This document shows, one piece after another, positions 62,120 to 64,000 of a stretch of DNA of 64,000 nucleotides. The notes under the pieces were generated by a model. The model was not told where the DNA came from, made no database searches, and saw only the letters and a list, made by a program, of their open reading frames with translations. The DNA lies in contig JBLNCP010000041.1 in the NCBI GenBank assembly GCA_050260775.1, forward strand, positions 18,198 to 82,197. Reading direction: 5' to 3'. Position 1 is the stretch's first letter. Every line of letters begins with the position of its first letter. Position numbers and translations under genes: made by a program. The stretch comes from Solirubrobacterales bacterium (GTDB lineage: Bacteria; Pseudomonadota; Alphaproteobacteria; Rhodospirillales; Magnetospirillaceae).

Positions 62120-64000
62120 TTAGACGGTGAAGTCCGCCGCGGTGAGCGAGGTGTTCGACACGCCCAGCAGCACCGAGACCACCGACAGCTCGCCCGACTG
62201 GACGTGGCCGTCGCCGCCGACATTCTCGCGGAACCGCAGGAGCGCTGCGTCGTCGCCCTCGGCGTCGTAGACCACGAACAGCACGTCCTTGGCGTTGCCC
62301 GAGACCGTGAGGCCGGAGAGCATCGTCGCCGCCGAGCTGGTGATCGACGTGGCCGAGCTGCCCGCACTCAGCGAGATGTTCAAGTTGCCGGCGTCGAAGT
62401 CGAACACCAGGTGGCCGCTGTCGGCCGCCAGATTGGCGGTGACCGACACGTTGTTGCTGTACTGGCCGGCGGCGGCGGTGAAGGCCGTCGAGCTGCCGTC
62501 CATGCCCTGGAAGGTCAGGCCGGTGGTGCCATCGCCGAAGCCGATCAGGTCGCTGCCATCGCTGAAGTTGTCGATGACGTCGACGTAGCCCGAGGTACGG
62601 CCCACGTGGGCGAGGTTGTCGTAGCGGACGGTGATGCCGGTGCCCTGGATGTCCAGGGTGTCGGCCCCGTCGCCGCCGATGACGATCCCGCCGTTGGTGG
62701 TGACGTGGATGGTATCGGAACCGGAGTTGCCGACCACGGTGTCCACGTTGGCGACGTAGACCTCGTTGGTGCCGTTGGCGAGCGTCAACCTGTCGGTGCC
62801 CGAACCGCCGTCCATCGTGAAGTCGGTGGTGGTGGTGGTCAGGGTGATCGAGTCGTTGCCGCCGCTGCCGGTCACCGTCTCGATGTTGCTCACCGAGAGG
62901 GTGTTGTCGGCATTGGCGAGGATCAGGTGGTCGCCGCCGGCGCCCAGGTTGATCGAGCCGGTGGTCTGGCCGGCACCCAGGGTGATGTTGTCGTCACCCG
63001 AGCTGCCGACGATGGTCTCGACGTTGGTCACCGTCAGGGTGTGACCGGCGTCGTTCAGGGTCAGCTTGTCGGTGCCGGAGCCGAGATCGATCGTGCCGCC
63101 GACCTGCGAGGTGCTGACGGTGATCGTGTCGTTGCCGGTGCCGCCCATGACCGTCTCGATGCCGGACACGGTGAGGGTGTTGGTGCCATTGGCCAGGTTG
63201 AGGACGTCGGTGCCGGAACCGAAGTCATAGCTTCCGGACGTCTGGGCCACGCTCATCGTCACCGTGTCGGCCCCGGTGCCGCCGAACAGCGTCTCGACGT
63301 TGGCGACCGTCAGGCTGTTGGTGCCGTCGAACAGTTGGACGATGTCCGAGCCGCCCTTGAGGTCGATGGACCCGCTGGTCAGCGCGGTGGCGTAGGTGAT
63401 GGTATCGACGCCCGAGTTGCCGACGACGGTCTCGACGTTGGCCAGGGTCACGGTGTTGGTGCCGGTGGCCAGGTTGAGGATGTCGCTGCCCCCCATCAGG
63501 TCGATGTAGAGGGTGGTTCCGGGCGTGGTCAGCGTCACCGTGTCGACGTTGGCGTTACCGATGATGCTCTCGGTATTGGCCACCGTCAGCGTGTTGACGC
63601 CGTTGGCCAGGACCAGGGTGTCGTCGCCGGCGCCCAGGTTGATGGTACCGGTGGTCTGGGCGGTGCCCAGGGTGATGGTGTCGCCCTGGCTCTTGCCGGT
63701 GATGGTTTCCACGTTGCTGATGGTCAGCGTGTTCCAGTCATCGGCCAGCGTCAGCGAGTCGGTGCCGTTGCCGAGGTCGACCGTGCCGCTGGCGAGGCCC
63801 GCACCCAGGGTGATGGTGTCGGTGCCCTCGTTGCCGACCAGCTTCTCGACGTCGGTCACCGTCAGGGTGTTGGTGCCGTTGGCGAGAACCAGGGTGTCGG
63901 TGCCGTCGTTGAGGTCGATGGTGCCGGTGGTCTGGGCCACGTCCATCGTCACCACGTCGGAGCCGGCGCCGCCGATCACGGTCTCGATGTTGGAGACATG
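62120..64000 (-). CDS. large RTX-like repeat protein with a T1SS C-terminal target region (N-terminus outside the window)
   Basis: The frame is open to the window edge. At least nine 46-aa repeats each carry GGxGxDxUx-like motifs (GGTGNDTIT, GSGGNDSIT, GAGDDTLVL). The C-terminus has GGDGADTLDI...VDVIDNFSDGSDLIGF and ends ...LTAADFTV, typical of T1SS substrates. Confidence 0.8.
   Translation of the reverse strand, partial: HVSNIETVIGGAGSDVVTMDVAQTTGTIDLNDGTDTLVLANGTNTLTVTDVEKLVGNEGTDTITLGAGLASGTVDLGNGTDSLTLADDWNTLTISNVETITGKSQGDTITLGTAQTTGTINLGAGDDTLVLANGVNTLTVANTESIIGNANVDTVTLTTPGTTLYIDLMGGSDILNLATGTNTVTLANVETVVGNSGVDTITYATALTSGSIDLKGGSDIVQLFDGTNSLTVANVETLFGGTGADTVTMSVAQTSGSYDFGSGTDVLNLANGTNTLTVSGIETVMGGTGNDTITVSTSQVGGTIDLGSGTDKLTLNDAGHTLTVTNVETIVGSSGDDNITLGAGQTTGSINLGAGGDHLILANADNTLSVSNIETVTGSGGNDSITLTTTTTDFTMDGGSGTDRLTLANGTNEVYVANVDTVVGNSGSDTIHVTTNGGIVIGGDGADTLDIQGTGITVRYDNLAHVGRTSGYVDVIDNFSDGSDLIGFGDGTTGLTFQGMDGSSTAFTAAAGQYSNNVSVTANLAADSGHLVFDFDAGNLNISLSAGSSATSITSSAATMLSGLTVSGNAKDVLFVVYDAEGDDAALLRFRENVGGDGHVQSGELSVVSVLLGVSNTSLTAADFTV
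62720..64000 (-). repeat. in-frame tandem repeats of about 138 bp (46 aa) inside the RTX-like gene
   Basis: The repeat consensus by eye is G(T/S)IDLG.G.D.L.LANGTNTLTV.NVET..G..G.DTITL......, seen at least nine times. The array continues past position 64000. Confidence 0.85.

Noticed and set aside
62720-64000. Possibility that the regular repeats are a CRISPR array or satellite DNA
   Set aside because: The repeats are 138 bp, contiguous without spacers, diverged, in frame, and encode a coherent RTX-like repeat. The 15-bp repeat at 24572 is likewise coding. No cas genes are present.

Overview
High-GC (about 65-70% by eye) bacterial chromosomal window with an alphaproteobacterial gene set (DUF1013/TrcR-like, DUF1465/RcdA-like, DUF1192, cpa-type tad locus). 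I found no rRNA, tRNA, CRISPR array, transposase or integrase. Positions 1-33 kb are housekeeping: an aminotransferase, glnE-bcp, an AsmA-like protein, rpmE, cyaY, tyrS, anmK, and a complete cysE-iscR-nifS-like-iscS-iscU-iscA-hscB-hscA-fdx-iscX operon followed by mnmA. Positions 33-49.3 kb hold a periplasmic-binding-protein/histidine-kinase pair and a complete Flp/Tad (Cpa) type IVc pilus locus: two tandemly duplicated flp genes, cpaB, cpaC, tadG/E/F-like pseudopilins, cpaE, cpaF, tadB, tadC, two TPR lipoproteins and cpaA. Positions 49.3-64 kb look accessory and are the most interesting part. A SemiSWEET gene lies divergent from a translationally coupled five-gene cassette (aldolase-like, SDR, DHQS-like sugar-phosphate cyclase, ThDP enzyme, epimerase). 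That cassette converges on a tightly packed minus-strand array: RTX-like 46-aa-repeat protein (truncated by the window end), PrtD-type ABC exporter, HlyD adaptor, an HMW1C-like TPR-less GT41 glycosyltransferase, and a methyltransferase-TPR-GT9 fusion. I interpret this as a candidate type I secretion system coupled to cytoplasmic glycosylation of its own repeat substrate. This rests on motifs read by eye and on gene context only. Many long antisense ORFs in the six-frame track are GC-driven shadows and were rejected.
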